Shown here: one piece after another, positions 1 to 11,518 of the stretch
Position numbering within the stretch: position 1 is the stretch's first letter
How the letters are laid out: every line of letters begins with the position of its first letter
Assembly (NCBI GenBank): GCA_905178155.1
Contig: CAJINV010000009.1
Span: forward strand, 496,001 to 560,000
Length of the DNA: 64,000 nucleotides
Reading direction: 5' to 3'
From: Amoebophrya sp. A120
Taxonomy: Eukaryota > Protista > Dinoflagellata
The notes under the pieces: generated by a model
Databases searched by the model: none
The model's input: only the letters and a program-made list of their open reading frames with translations
Told to the model about the DNA's origin: nothing
Made by a program: the position numbers and the translations under genes

Positions 1-2560
1 TTGGAGCAAGTTGAGGCCGTGGCCTCTTCGCCTGCGTACCACATCGACAAAATGCCTGAGTCTCAAGCTTACCATCGCGTGGCGAAGTTTTGGAGTGCTG
101 CTTTCGGAAGTAAAGCATTCCGATGGATTTACCTCCTGAAAAGTGATTATTACGCCGATGAAAAATGCTGCATTCCTCGACTGTCTGCCGCAGGCAACAA
201 CCTCTGTAAAGTAGGGATTCGTAATTTATTTTTTTGCCATGAGGAGGACCTTCCACGACCACGTACAAATTTCACCGCCGGTGTTCACATGCACGCGATA
301 GTAAATTTGCAGCGAAGATGCAATACATTTTGTAAATGAAAGTATATCGCAGCATTGGCATTTTTGGCCTCGTTGCCGTTCCTGGTGCATTTACTGAGCG
401 CGAAGGGGACTACCACCAGTGAGTCTGTTAGTACATCAGAAGTTTCGCAGGACACTACCGAGGGACAGGCCTGCTATAGTACTACTTCAACTTCTGATCG
501 TCCTCGGATCATGCCTTACAACATGTTTCGTGATCGTTGGGCGACAGCATTGGGGACAGGAGTTTTCTACTCCTCCATAATTGCCAGTGCAACGTCGTGG
601 ACCGACAGGAGTTCGAAAGGCACGAGTGCAAAGATGTTCTGAAAATTTATGGCACAAAGACTCACGGGTACAGCGACGAAAAGGCGCGCGAACGGAGGGA
701 CAAGGTGAAATGGTTTGTGGAAAAGGTGATCCGACCTCTCGAAGACACATTTCGAGATCGGCTCCAAAAAAAGCGACTGGAGCAACTCGAGCAGCGGAAT
801 CAACAAGCACAGCAAAGTGCAGCAGGTACCGCTCCCGGCGCCGAAGATGAAGCAGAAACAGGCACGGACAGCGACGAAGAGATAAAGGAAGACGTGGACG
901 TTGAAGAGGAAATGTATCTGAACGAGGACCAAGTCGCACGTGCTCAAAATATGAAAGCAATGCACGGCAATTGTGGAAGTGGGTGGCTGCTGCTGGTGCA
1001 GGTAAGTAGCTTTAATCATCCTCCTCCGTCCAATATATGAGGATTTAACACAGCAGCAAAACCAGTAGAAATTGAATTGTATATCCTCCTGCGCTTCCAC
1101 CTGGTAGCCATCGTGCCCACTTGCACCATTGTCGTTTTTTCTCTTTCGGGGTATAGATCAATGGAAGAAACTAATGGAAACGAAAAAACAACTGATAAGT
1201 GTTGCCAAGGAGCGTGCCAAGCAAACAAGCAAAAAGCTCGACGAAACTGCGTTGGAGCAAGGTATTAGTGCAGCAGATGAGGAACGTAAGCGAATCGCGG
1301 CGGACCAAGGTGAGAAAGGCCTCAGCAAAAAGTATGAAAATTCAAAAATTGAGCACGCACAAGCTTCGCGGGCCTTCTACAGAATGATCCGTCGGGCACG
1401 CACTGAACACCAGCGGAGTGTCAAAGGAATAGCGAAAGATCTGAAAAAGACCGGGAGGGACATGAAGAACGCAGAGCAGCTCGCAAATTATCTCCAAACC
1501 AAACTGCTATCCGGCAGCGGTGCGGCTGCGGTGGAGGACGCCATTGATCTCGGGGGAAGGCAGTTCGCAAACGAATATGGGAAAGCACATATGCTGCCGC
1601 ATTTTCTACAGGTGGTCAGCTCCTCGGGTTGTGACGCTTTAACGCTTGCAATTGAGGGTCGTCCGGCCGGTGCAGGCGACTGGTGCGAGCCCTTTTTGAA
1701 AACGAAGCTTCTGCAAGACCGCCTAAAAGAGATCCCCTCTTGTCGCATCTTTGTTTCGTCAGTGGAGTTCGCAAACTTGTTTCGCGTGCCTACACTCCCC
1801 GATCGGGGGGACGGTAGCGACTCAAAAACCGCGCGAGAGGATGACGATCATGCGCGGCGGAACTTTGACTTTCCCACGTCAGCCGCATCGGGGAAAGAAA
1901 AAGATGTGGAATTTTCTAAATGCCTTGTTTACGCGTACCGTGGCTTACTTTCGGTTTACGATGCAAGTATCCAGGCAGTCGAGGCCGCCGACGTTTCAAT
2001 GATGGATACTGCGTATCCTCTGGAAAGTTATCGCACCATCGCGCTCCATTTGGTTGTAAACGCATTTTTTCATGGCTATATCATTTGAACGTGCTCTCTG
2101 TCATGCATTGGTATCAACCATAACCATGATGATATCTGTATCGTCCGAATCATAAGAGGTGGTGCGGGCGGCGATGGTGATTGTGTTTTGGATGTCTTGC
2201 TGCAGTACTTGGGTACTCAGCTCGAGCTGCTCAAGAGGGAGATGTCAGCAAACGACCATCGCAGGAATTTTGATGTCACTGGACTCGTCGCGAGGCTTAA
2301 ACAGGCAGCGAGGACGGATCCGCTGGTTGCCGTGGTTGAACAGAGCATACAACGGTGGAAAACCGAGCGGACGAAGTGGAAGAAGACCTTATTCAGTCTT
2401 TTTCTTAACCGGGACGAGAACGACCAACACTTTCTTGACAAGGCGAGTGAAATATTCGCAAGATTGCCGAGCAAGGCGGGCTGGCAAACGAGGAAGGTCA
2501 ATGAAGTTTCTTCCGATGGTGAGGATCGCGCGTTTGTGTACAACAAATGGATGCAAAAAG
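1..2560 (+). CDS. Family A protein, copy A1 (5'-partial, multi-exon), uncharacterised; probably continues into ORF 3050-4879
   Basis: Segments in different frames match the intronless paralog 8729-11518 in order: AYHRVAKFW~AYHGFAVLW; TEREGDYH~LEREPEYH; RQEFERHECKDVL..HGYSDE~RQAFEKNSCAAVL..HAFADE; CLVYAYRG~CFLYAYRG; GEDRAFVYNKW~SEGRATLYQSW. In-phase GT-AG introns at 419-559 and 2013-2156. Junctions near 110-342 and 1002-1156 are not resolved. Confidence 0.7.
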
Positions 2561-3049
2561 TCCTCTATCCAATAAAGAAACCATGTTGTTGTAGCTTTTT
2601 GATCATGATGATGATTCAGGAAGTGATTGGATGTAGTTGAAGAAAACACGGCAGTCGCAGTGAGTGCCCATCTTGTTGTTGTTTTGTGTATGGAAACGAC
2701 AGCGTAATATCGTTTCTCTCCTTCGCAATGTCCTGTGCTGGTAGCAATAGCAAATATCGTATTTGATGGCGACGTGACATTTGAGAAACATAAATAAAAA
2801 TGAGCCCTACAAGAAGAGCAAGGTGCGCGCTTTCGCTTTTCTTCCAAGAAGTAAGTATGACAATCTATCAGCAACAAGAACAACAAAGTGGTTATAGATT
2901 GCTGCATGCTGCCCTCCCGACAAGCTACAACTCGAAGAAGTAAAGCAAAAGAGTGCAGCCTTGCAAGCGCAGGTCACTTCGCGAAAGAATGATCAAGATT
3001 CTCAAACGACACATGTTTTCTACGGGATGCTCCCGGGTACGATCCTTCG

Positions 3050-4879
3050 ATGAATCCAGCGCGAGCAGCGGAAACGAATGCAGTCCCTGCGGAGAGCCTC
3101 TTGATCGAGTTTCTTGAGCCAAGCACTGACGAACACTATGGCTCCTTTACGGTTCTGACAGATGACGGTACGGCTTACCGGTACGCGCAAACGGTTCGGA
3201 TCGGGGAGCAAGAGCATGTAGATAAATTTCACCAGCGCTTCATCGACGAGAAAAACTTATTTGCCGACCTGCGCACAGACGCGGTGCGGTACTCACTAGG
3301 TGCCAATATCCGAAGTACTATTTTTCGAGAAGGCATAGCGCCAGAAATGCAGATCGGAAGAACTACTTCTTCCGAAGTGAGCGTTGAAGGCGGCGCTCTT
3401 CAGTTGGGAAAGTCAAGCAGACGCACCTTCAGTTGGGAAAGCGACGCTTTCTTGCCAGGCATTCTGGGCGGAAGCGAAGCTGCCGAGGACGCACCGAGTT
3501 TTTTTTCGCTACTGCAAGGCCGGATGCTACCGTTACCACTGGTGGAGCAGATGTCAAAGGACATTTTGTTCGGCCAGTCAGTGTCTCCCGAGCTTGTAGA
3601 CGAGTTCGAAGAGATGTTGTGGGGGAAAGAAAAAGATCGCCGTCCGGAGCCACAGCATTATCTTGAATTTTGCTCGACCGTCAGGGATCAGCAGCAACAG
3701 GTTGAGGCTGGTAATGGCTGCGCCCGCCCAGCACTACAAGTGACACACCTCCAGGCTCGCATCTACTCTTTTACACGCACGGCGTTTGCTCAACAAATGG
3801 GACTGATCAGTCTCAAGCACGAGTTTCCTCCAGAATCGGATTATACCTGCCCGCAGTATTTTTCAGACGAGGAGCACGAGAGACTCCTAGGCACGCGGGA
3901 GCGCTTCCAAGGCCTGGAACACACGGAGCGGATCCAGCAGCTGATCGCGGACAAGACGCAGATCGGCGCTCAGCAGTTGCGGGCGCACTGTCTACAATAT
4001 GCCTACCGTGGCGCAATAGCAGCGTATCGCACCACCATTAAGTGGTTCCGGAAGTTTCTTCGCCACTCGACAGATGCGAACCAAAAAGCCGAGTATTTCG
4101 AAGCGGCGCTGCAAGAGTTAGAATCTTGGGGGCGCAAAAATGTTCCCGCATGGCGGAAATTCTTGATTGGATACGTCACACAACCACCCGAGGTGGAAAG
4201 TAACGAAAAATACCTTGCCAATCTCAGACAAGAGGCCGACGACCGTGCTCGCTTCTATTACGTATGGCGGAGCGGCGTTGAGATGATGGATGCGCGGGAT
4301 ACGGATCAACTCGCAAAGTCAGACGGGGAGACTACGCGCGCTGAACAAGGAGTGCCAGCGGCACCAAGACAGGAGGAGCGTGACCTGCTCTATCAGAGGA
4401 AGACGCAAAGACTGATTGACTCAATCAATGTCCCAAACCCGCTCCCAGAAGACGCACCATTTGCCCGGAGCGCTATGCATGGCTTTGGACCCGCTCCCGC
4501 CGGCAGGTCAGACTCGAAGTCAGGGGTGACAGACGCAGAGAAGGCGGAGCTGGCCGAGGCTCTCAGATTCTCAGTCGGCTCCAATGTCGTGGATCGGAAG
4601 TTCAATTTGGGTCTTGGTCTTCCACCTGTGTCCTGTCGAAAATTCTATCTGCTCTACAAGCAAGGCGCGGAACCAACAGGACCCTTTCCAGACGCGGCTC
4701 CGTGGGACGAATTCTCGAAAAACGTGTCGGCTGAGCGCCGTGCGACCGACGCAGCGCCGGACACGCCGTTAGTCTCCATGGAGTTGTTTCAAGAGATGTC
4801 TAAGGACATACTGTTCGGCGCAGACATGTATGGCATAAGATATCGCACTCGCGGCGTCTCTAGTAACTTGACTGCATAG
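3050..4879 (+). CDS. Family A C-terminal domain ORF with internal duplication (probably downstream exon of A1)
   Basis: 609-aa ORF with CLQYAYRGAIAAYR and EADDRARFYYVW family motifs. MSKDILFG occurs twice, and RYSLGANI / RFSVGSNV form a second repeated pair. Confidence 0.75.
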   Translation: MNPARAAETNAVPAESLLIEFLEPSTDEHYGSFTVLTDDGTAYRYAQTVRIGEQEHVDKFHQRFIDEKNLFADLRTDAVRYSLGANIRSTIFREGIAPEMQIGRTTSSEVSVEGGALQLGKSSRRTFSWESDAFLPGILGGSEAAEDAPSFFSLLQGRMLPLPLVEQMSKDILFGQSVSPELVDEFEEMLWGKEKDRRPEPQHYLEFCSTVRDQQQQVEAGNGCARPALQVTHLQARIYSFTRTAFAQQMGLISLKHEFPPESDYTCPQYFSDEEHERLLGTRERFQGLEHTERIQQLIADKTQIGAQQLRAHCLQYAYRGAIAAYRTTIKWFRKFLRHSTDANQKAEYFEAALQELESWGRKNVPAWRKFLIGYVTQPPEVESNEKYLANLRQEADDRARFYYVWRSGVEMMDARDTDQLAKSDGETTRAEQGVPAAPRQEERDLLYQRKTQRLIDSINVPNPLPEDAPFARSAMHGFGPAPAGRSDSKSGVTDAEKAELAEALRFSVGSNVVDRKFNLGLGLPPVSCRKFYLLYKQGAEPTGPFPDAAPWDEFSKNVSAERRATDAAPDTPLVSMELFQEMSKDILFGADMYGIRYRTRGVSSNLTA

Positions 4880-7295
4880 CACTATTGTAGTACTTCATCA
4901 TTTAGCTGCGAGGTGGATCTGCTACATCAAGTGCACCCAACCCAGATTGTGCAGTTGTCAAGCATGACTGGACATAAAGATAATCATGCAAGTAGTTTTA
5001 TGTTCCTGTTCGGGCCGGCGATCGCGAAGAATGTTTTTCGGAATGTTGACCCAGCATATCTTCCGCGTCGTATATGGGTATCGGAAAAATAAAGCCATCG
5101 TGGCATGATTTGCATATTCACTGCAGCTCACTGTTTCGTGTCGAAGTCGAAAGGTATCTTTCAATTTCGCATGTCCTAACAGACAAGTCTGCTACAGATG
5201 ACTTGCATTTGATAAAGATGAGCAGCTTGTGCTACACGTGACAAAAAATGGGGTGCTTCTTACTAGATGACGCCTTTTTGTTTTTGTTCCGCGATATCGG
5301 GATGCTATCGACGAGATTCCTCGCGAAGGCGAGACTTTCCAAAATTTTTGGATCTTCCGATCAAGGTGTTGAAGCCGACGGAAGGCCATGGTATTTGAGA
5401 TCAGCTGGTGACGGTGCGGCGGATGTAGAGTTACGTGAGGCATAACACGATCAGAGTCCTCCCCGCTCCGGTATCAAGACTGATATTTGAGTTCAAGTTC
5501 AATCATGTCCGCCAATTTTCGTGATTTCAGCTTGCTTATTTTGCTGATCTGCATTTTGAGGAGGAGGGCCAGCGTACGCATGCGGTGCTTTTATCATGTC
5601 TTCGGTTCACTTATATGATATCGCGCATTTTGTAGAAAATGAAAACTACCCGAGTAACCCCCTAAAAAAGTATATAAATGTTTTAAAAAAGTAGTTGTAC
5701 ACAAACGCGAATAGATAATTGTATAAAAGGTGAAACATGAAAACGGGGTCTCGCACCCTCGCGGTATCGTTGGCAGGACCACGCGACGGATTCTGTTTGT
5801 TTTGCTTTTTCTATGAACCGTCGGGCCCGGGCATCCATAGCGGCAAGCGAAGACCCTTCTTGAAGGGAGTCGGTATTGAGAGCTGGTGGGTACGTGCTTT
5901 AAGAACGTACCCGATGTATAATACGTCGTCACGCACTGGCTTAGGCCGTGATCATGTGAATGAAAATTAAGTCGCTCTTTGTGCAATATCATTACTCTTT
6001 GTCAGCGGGACCACCTGCTTGTTCATGGTCTGACGTGCAATTTTTTTTTTTTTTGATATCGATAGACGGCTTTTCGATCCATCTTAAGATTGAGCGAAGT
6101 TCTAGCGTTCGAACCGATGTAAGTACTTCTTTTTCTTCTCCAATTAGTGGTCGTTTGGTTTCCATTTTTGAACAACTAGACCTACCTAGGTCTAGTAGAG
6201 CAGTTAAAGTTATTATAGCCGAAGGTAAATGTAAAGTTTTGCGTCGCACTTCTAGTTCTACGCGACACAAAAAAGCTATTACGAGCGGTACTGGGATATA
6301 TGTTTGTACGCCACGCGAGTGAACAAAAATAAAAGCCCTGATGTAAAAAAGACTGAAGTCGTGCGCCCTTCTACATTTTTGTCCTCAAGGTGAAAGTAGG
6401 CACCTGTAGTTTCTTCTGCTTTCAACAATTTCAGTAGCAGATGGATATTTTAATTTTAATGCGTACACCGTATGCTATGCAGCTGCGCTGAGTAATGTAA
6501 GTGTGATGTACCACCTGTGCAGTAGTGCATCCAATGCAGTTGCGGAAGGAGGCCCTGCGAGAAGGAGGATAACAAGATGATGGTTCGTCCTCCCTTAGAT
6601 CCTCAACAAAATGCACGGAAATGCTCATAAATTATACTTAAATCAAAGGAGATCAGAGGACGAATGAAGCATAGCAGGAGAGTAGAGTGCATCTGCGCAA
6701 GTGGTTAATGTTTGGAAGTGCGGAAATAAGATCAAACTTCAAATGACAGCACACAACAGAAGCACGATCACAAAAGAATCGAAATTGATGGACTAGCATG
6801 TCGCTATCCCTATGATCTCTCAACAAAGGTACTATAAACAAGGTCAGTCCACCGCGTCCCGGAAATGAAAAATCCACCTTACTGGTTTTCCATCGGGCGA
6901 CTTCAACAGGAAAAGTGTGCTAGATTTCGTGCATCAATCATCATCACTGAGTATTTCGTAGTTGCATAGCAGAAAGAGTAGTACTCTTTATGCAGTTGGT
7001 TTTTCCTTTTCTTGCTACTTGTATAATTACCTAAGCAAATCGAAATCAATTGAAGAGTCTAAAGTTGCAGGTTTTTTGCGACAACTACTTGCTTTTAAGT
7101 TTCTTAACTCGTGCAAGAACAAAAACAAAAACAAAAGTGTATAGTCAACCGATCTCAAAAATACTAGCGAAGCCGAAGGAAAGTTCTTCGCGACCTTTAA
7201 CCGTTTGCATTCAGGTCGCACCTTGGTAAGAACATTCATTCTTCATTCGCAATTTCTCCGTGGTCGTGATCCTCACCGCGCATAAGTTAGTAAAG

Positions 7296-8679
7296 GGGAT
7301 CGGATTTTTTCGGAACTATCTAAACTGAGAACGGAACCAACAGCCACCACACCGTGGCGCTTCGCACTTGTCGCCATTCCGTTTCCTTTCGTGTGTGTTG
7401 TTTTTTTTCGTTCTCTTCAGCTTCAACTTCAAGCTCGTTTTCTTCTTCAAATTTCGTTTTCTGTTTTTCTCTCTTTCCTTCTTCTCTTAGGGGGGACAAA
7501 ATTTGCGGGATTTGCGTCCGCCCCGCGCCATTCGTTTGCCACGGCCCCCGCCCCGTCTATGTGTGTTCTTCTTGCTAATGGTTGGCGTCCCGCGGATATG
7601 CGCGGGTGCCAGCGGCGGCGGCAAACTTCCAGGCGTTGCTCCTATTAGAGGCGTAGGCCAGGAAAGTTAGCCCCCTATGTGGGGCTAAAAGGTCAGACGC
7701 CACCTAGCTCCCGATGCTGGGGAGACGCGCGGCGCGCTGTTCTCATGATCGATGGAAGAAGGCCGATGTGGCCCCCCAGTGGCGGAAGTTGGGGCGCCCT
7801 TTTTTGGGCCGATTAGCTTTACAGCAGTGGGGCATAGATACGGCCCTCCGCCCAGCCTTAGCTCCAACGCCGGCAGTTCTTTCGCAGTCTTCCGTGCCCC
7901 AGGGCCCCTTGGATGTGGTTGTCACATCCAAGAGACGAGCCCCTCCTTGGGTGCGGAAGACTGCGGGATAACCGATGGAAAGGCAAACAGCCCAATTGCC
8001 GTGGCAGGCTCTCCATGCAGCGGTTGCTAGACGAGCGCGGGCCAGCAGTGGCAGCTAGAGCGCAGGCTTGGGTGGTTGTATCTATTATACGGCGGCCGGG
8101 CTCATTGTGTTCCTTGCTTCCCGCTGTTGGACGGCCACCGCTAGCCTCATTAGGTTGGTAGGGAGCTCGGCCCTCCTCGCGGGTTGCTGCCGGTTATTAA
8201 TTTCATGGCCAGGCCTCTCTGGCAGCAAGCTCCGCCGCGCCTAACTTCGCGGGCGGGCGACCTTCTCTGGCATCCCCGCCCAAGCATCCGGCTGAGCGCG
8301 CAAGCTCGGCCCGTTTGCTGAAGGTGACTCTGCTTGGCTATAGAAACAACATCAAGAAAAACGCCGCGCAGCGACAGGAGGGCGCGCAAGAGAGGGGCAC
8401 CACGGGGCTTAGGCCTCCCCCGCTCAGGGATTTGCTTTGCTTCGAAGGTCGCCACGCTTCTAGCAGACAGCCGAGATGGCTCGGCCGCCTGTGCGCTGGC
8501 CGGCCGGGGCTTCTCGGATTTTTCTCCGTTTCCGTTTCCGCACTTGTTTCACGGCTTCGAGTTCCGTTCTCAGTCTCGCCTCTTTTTTTTGAAAAAACAC
8601 GAGAACAGGCGGGGAAGGATCCAAGAGTCGCGAAAAAGTTCCGTTCTCAGTTTAGACAGTTCCAAACAAAGCCATATCC
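7296..8679. mobile_element. Non-autonomous Mutator/MULE-like DNA transposon (1384 bp)
   Basis: Perfect 9-bp direct repeat TTAGTAAAG at 7287-7295 and 8680-8688. ~42-bp TIRs starting with GG; core GGAACTATCTAAACTGAGAACGGAAC (7312-7337) matches the reverse complement of 8638-8663 at 25/26. GC-rich interior with no transposase ORF. Confidence 0.85.
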
Positions 8680-8728
8680 TTAGTAAAGTATAAAAAAGCC
8701 GTGAGTTGCAAAGTCAGGACGAGCAAAG

Positions 8729-11518
8729 ATGTTTTTCGCTTCGAACAAGAAATACCCGGCCGCGCAGCCCTCCAAGAACTATACGACAATGCTGTTGCTG
8801 CCTTTTCTCCTCGTCGCCTGTGTCGGTGTTTTCGAGTTCGGGTCCATTGTTACAGCCGTACGCTTGACCTCTGGAGCGGCTTCGAGATCAGCTCAACAGC
8901 AAGGAGACACTGTGGATAAGGATACGTACGTGGCGTGTTTGTTTCGAGCAGGGCAGGTGCAAGTTGAGTGCCATCGCAGTGCTACCTCGCTCGATGCGAT
9001 GGTCAGAAACGCAATAGTCGAGAAGGAAGCTGGACGGCCCCGGACCTCTTCCCCCGCTGGGGCAGCTGCCAGAAAGCGATCCGGCTCCCGCGGAAGAAAG
9101 GGCAGACCGCAGAACAAAGGTCGTAGAGGGAAATCACCCGCTTCCGGTGGGAGACAGGAACAGCACCGGCAACCTCCAGTACGAGAGGTGGACTCCGTGC
9201 GCACGAAAACCGAGCTGATGATGAAAAGCTGCGATCGCCTGCCGGACGCTGTTTTTGACAAGAAGGACGCGGAAATGATGTTGTTTTTTTCTAAACGCGC
9301 AAACAGCACCATGAAGCAAGTTGCTGCTGACAAGTTCAACCTGACGGCACGGCCGTCGTCGCGGTCCGCGTACCACGGCTTCGCGGTGCTGTGGCGGGCT
9401 CTTGAGCGCGAGCCCGAATACCACATTGTGAAGGCCGCGTCGCGCTGTCTCGCCGCACGCCAGGCGTTCGAGAAGAATTCGTGTGCGGCAGTGTTGTACC
9501 CGAACGACCAGAATCCGCTTCACGCGTTTGCCGACGAGCAGTGGAGAGATCCAGCGTTGTGGAAAAAGGTGACGCACGCGAAAGAAGTGATCGCCCGGGT
9601 CGAGGACCAATTCCGGGGCGTTGTCCAAGAGTCTCGTATCAAGGAACTCGCGGAGAGAGGATCTTCCGAGGCTGTCGACAGCAGCAGCACGGCGGCAACG
9701 AGTTCAGCCGGCTTCGACACCGACGACGAGGATGCGACAGCGGACGAAATCCGGCAGGCGGCGAAGCAGTTGGAGACCGAGAAAAGACAGCTGAAAGTCC
9801 AGCAAGCTGCCGCGAGTACGTGGCAACGGCAGCGGCAGGAGGAGCTGGCTATGGACGAAGTGGAGCGTTTGCTAATTGCCCAGGTCGAAGAGACGAGACT
9901 GCGGCAAAAGGAGGAGAAGGTGACTTTTTACGAACAAAATGAAGAGGCGCAAAAAAAGCGGGCTGAGACAGAGGTACTGCGAGCGCTGGCGAAGGAAAGG
10001 GCGCAAGTATCAGATCAAGCACGGGCGCTGGGACTAGGAGCTCAGAAGGAGCTCACAAAAGGGCGCAAGCATAGAAAGCAGGTTTTGAAAAGCTTGCCGA
10101 TGCAGACGATGCTGCAAGAACCTGGTCGGGGACACGGTGCGGTGGAGCAGATGGTGAAGGCGGATCGAGATGGGAATGCGGAACTGCTGAAGATCTACTA
10201 CCAGCGACTCTGTGGCACGAAGAGCCCTACCAGACCAGAGGCAACGCCCGAAGATCCGAGGCCACCCAAACCCATTTGTGATCCGGTTTTGCGCAAGGAG
10301 CACATGCAGAAACGGCTCGCCACGCTTGGTTGCGCACAGTTTTTCAAAGACAAAGAAGCCGCCTTTCTCAATTTTACGACGCCCGACTTGGAGCAACTTT
10401 TAGTCACTCAGGAGGACCGTCAGGCTGCTGCTGCAGCACAGACACGGCAGAATGCTGATGTTGAATCAAAGGCGTTATGCTTTTTGTACGCATACAGGGG
10501 CTTTCGTGCGGCGTATCGGGCGAGCGCAAAGTGGCTTTGGCTTCGGGTGCAGGTGGATAAAGAGAACCGCGAAAAGGGCGACGCTAAATTTGCAACCGAC
10601 CCGAAGCTCCAGCACTTAAAAGCCGCGAACTTTGTCAGCAGGTCCGAAACCGACCCGGCCCAGCAACTTGCTGAGGATATCTTGGAAGAGTGGAAGAGGA
10701 AGGTGGTGCGGTTGGACGTGAATTTCCAAGAATGGATGAACGCGAACGCCGGTTTATTCATGAGCGATACCTTCACCCTTCGAGAAGAGGCATTAGAAGG
10801 ACGGGAAGAGGGCAGCCCGCAGATGAAGCAGTTCGTAGAAAACGTCGCTCAGGCTCTGAAACGGGAGTCAGAGGGCCGCGCGACACTCTACCAGTCATGG
10901 AACATTCATCTGGCCCACGAGGAACAGGGGCCCGACAAGGATCTGCGGGCGCACCTGGCAGCAAAAGTTGAGAACAAGTTGGGCGCACTGCCTCGGGTGC
11001 TCGAAGACCGCGCGCGCTTTTTCGCAACTCAGCATGCAGTGCATCTGGACCCCCGTGCCAGGAATAAGGAAAAAGCAAAAGAGGACTTCCTGTGCGATAC
11101 TGCATCAATTGTCGTTGCTAAAAGTTTAGCGATGGCCACGCCAGGGGGAGAAGAGGATAGAGCAATGGCCGGATGGAAGGAGCAAGCAAAACACCCCGCA
11201 AACGCAAACGAGAAAAAACGCTACAACGCTCCGGACTTCTATTTGCACAATTTTCAGCTTCATGGTACGATTGCGCAGTCGGTACTCGGTGGCACCAGTC
11301 TGAGCTCGCTTGGTGTGCACTTCGCGATTCGAAGAGAGGCCGCGACGTACGAAGCGAGGCTCGAAGGAGAGGCCGCGGCGTACGACGCGACGAGGCAGAG
11401 GCTTCTTGACAGCCTTCAAGCCGAGCTTGCGCAACCGGGCAGCGAGATGCAGGAACAGTTCGCCTTCCCTTTCGCCGAATTATTAGGCCTCCGCCCATTT
11501 GGCAGGGCTGGTCCTTGA
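8729..11518 (+). CDS. Family A protein, copy A2; putative secreted coiled-coil protein (likely start ATG 8789)
   Basis: 929-aa intronless ORF with signal-peptide-like MLLLPFLLVACVGVFEFGSIVTA. Motifs LFRAGQVQVECHRSATSLD and IVKAASRCLAARQAF are shared with 24747-27587; CFLYAYRG is shared with A1. Confidence 0.85.
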   Translation: MFFASNKKYPAAQPSKNYTTMLLLPFLLVACVGVFEFGSIVTAVRLTSGAASRSAQQQGDTVDKDTYVACLFRAGQVQVECHRSATSLDAMVRNAIVEKEAGRPRTSSPAGAAARKRSGSRGRKGRPQNKGRRGKSPASGGRQEQHRQPPVREVDSVRTKTELMMKSCDRLPDAVFDKKDAEMMLFFSKRANSTMKQVAADKFNLTARPSSRSAYHGFAVLWRALEREPEYHIVKAASRCLAARQAFEKNSCAAVLYPNDQNPLHAFADEQWRDPALWKKVTHAKEVIARVEDQFRGVVQESRIKELAERGSSEAVDSSSTAATSSAGFDTDDEDATADEIRQAAKQLETEKRQLKVQQAAASTWQRQRQEELAMDEVERLLIAQVEETRLRQKEEKVTFYEQNEEAQKKRAETEVLRALAKERAQVSDQARALGLGAQKELTKGRKHRKQVLKSLPMQTMLQEPGRGHGAVEQMVKADRDGNAELLKIYYQRLCGTKSPTRPEATPEDPRPPKPICDPVLRKEHMQKRLATLGCAQFFKDKEAAFLNFTTPDLEQLLVTQEDRQAAAAAQTRQNADVESKALCFLYAYRGFRAAYRASAKWLWLRVQVDKENREKGDAKFATDPKLQHLKAANFVSRSETDPAQQLAEDILEEWKRKVVRLDVNFQEWMNANAGLFMSDTFTLREEALEGREEGSPQMKQFVENVAQALKRESEGRATLYQSWNIHLAHEEQGPDKDLRAHLAAKVENKLGALPRVLEDRARFFATQHAVHLDPRARNKEKAKEDFLCDTASIVVAKSLAMATPGGEEDRAMAGWKEQAKHPANANEKKRYNAPDFYLHNFQLHGTIAQSVLGGTSLSSLGVHFAIRREAATYEARLEGEAAAYDATRQRLLDSLQAELAQPGSEMQEQFAFPFAELLGLRPFGRAGP

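Noticed and set aside
5079-5295. Possible fifth TAT..ATA introner at the 3' end of A1
   Set aside because: The TIR is weak, the putative TSD matches only 3/5 (ATGGG/TCGGG), and the downstream frame cannot be validated.
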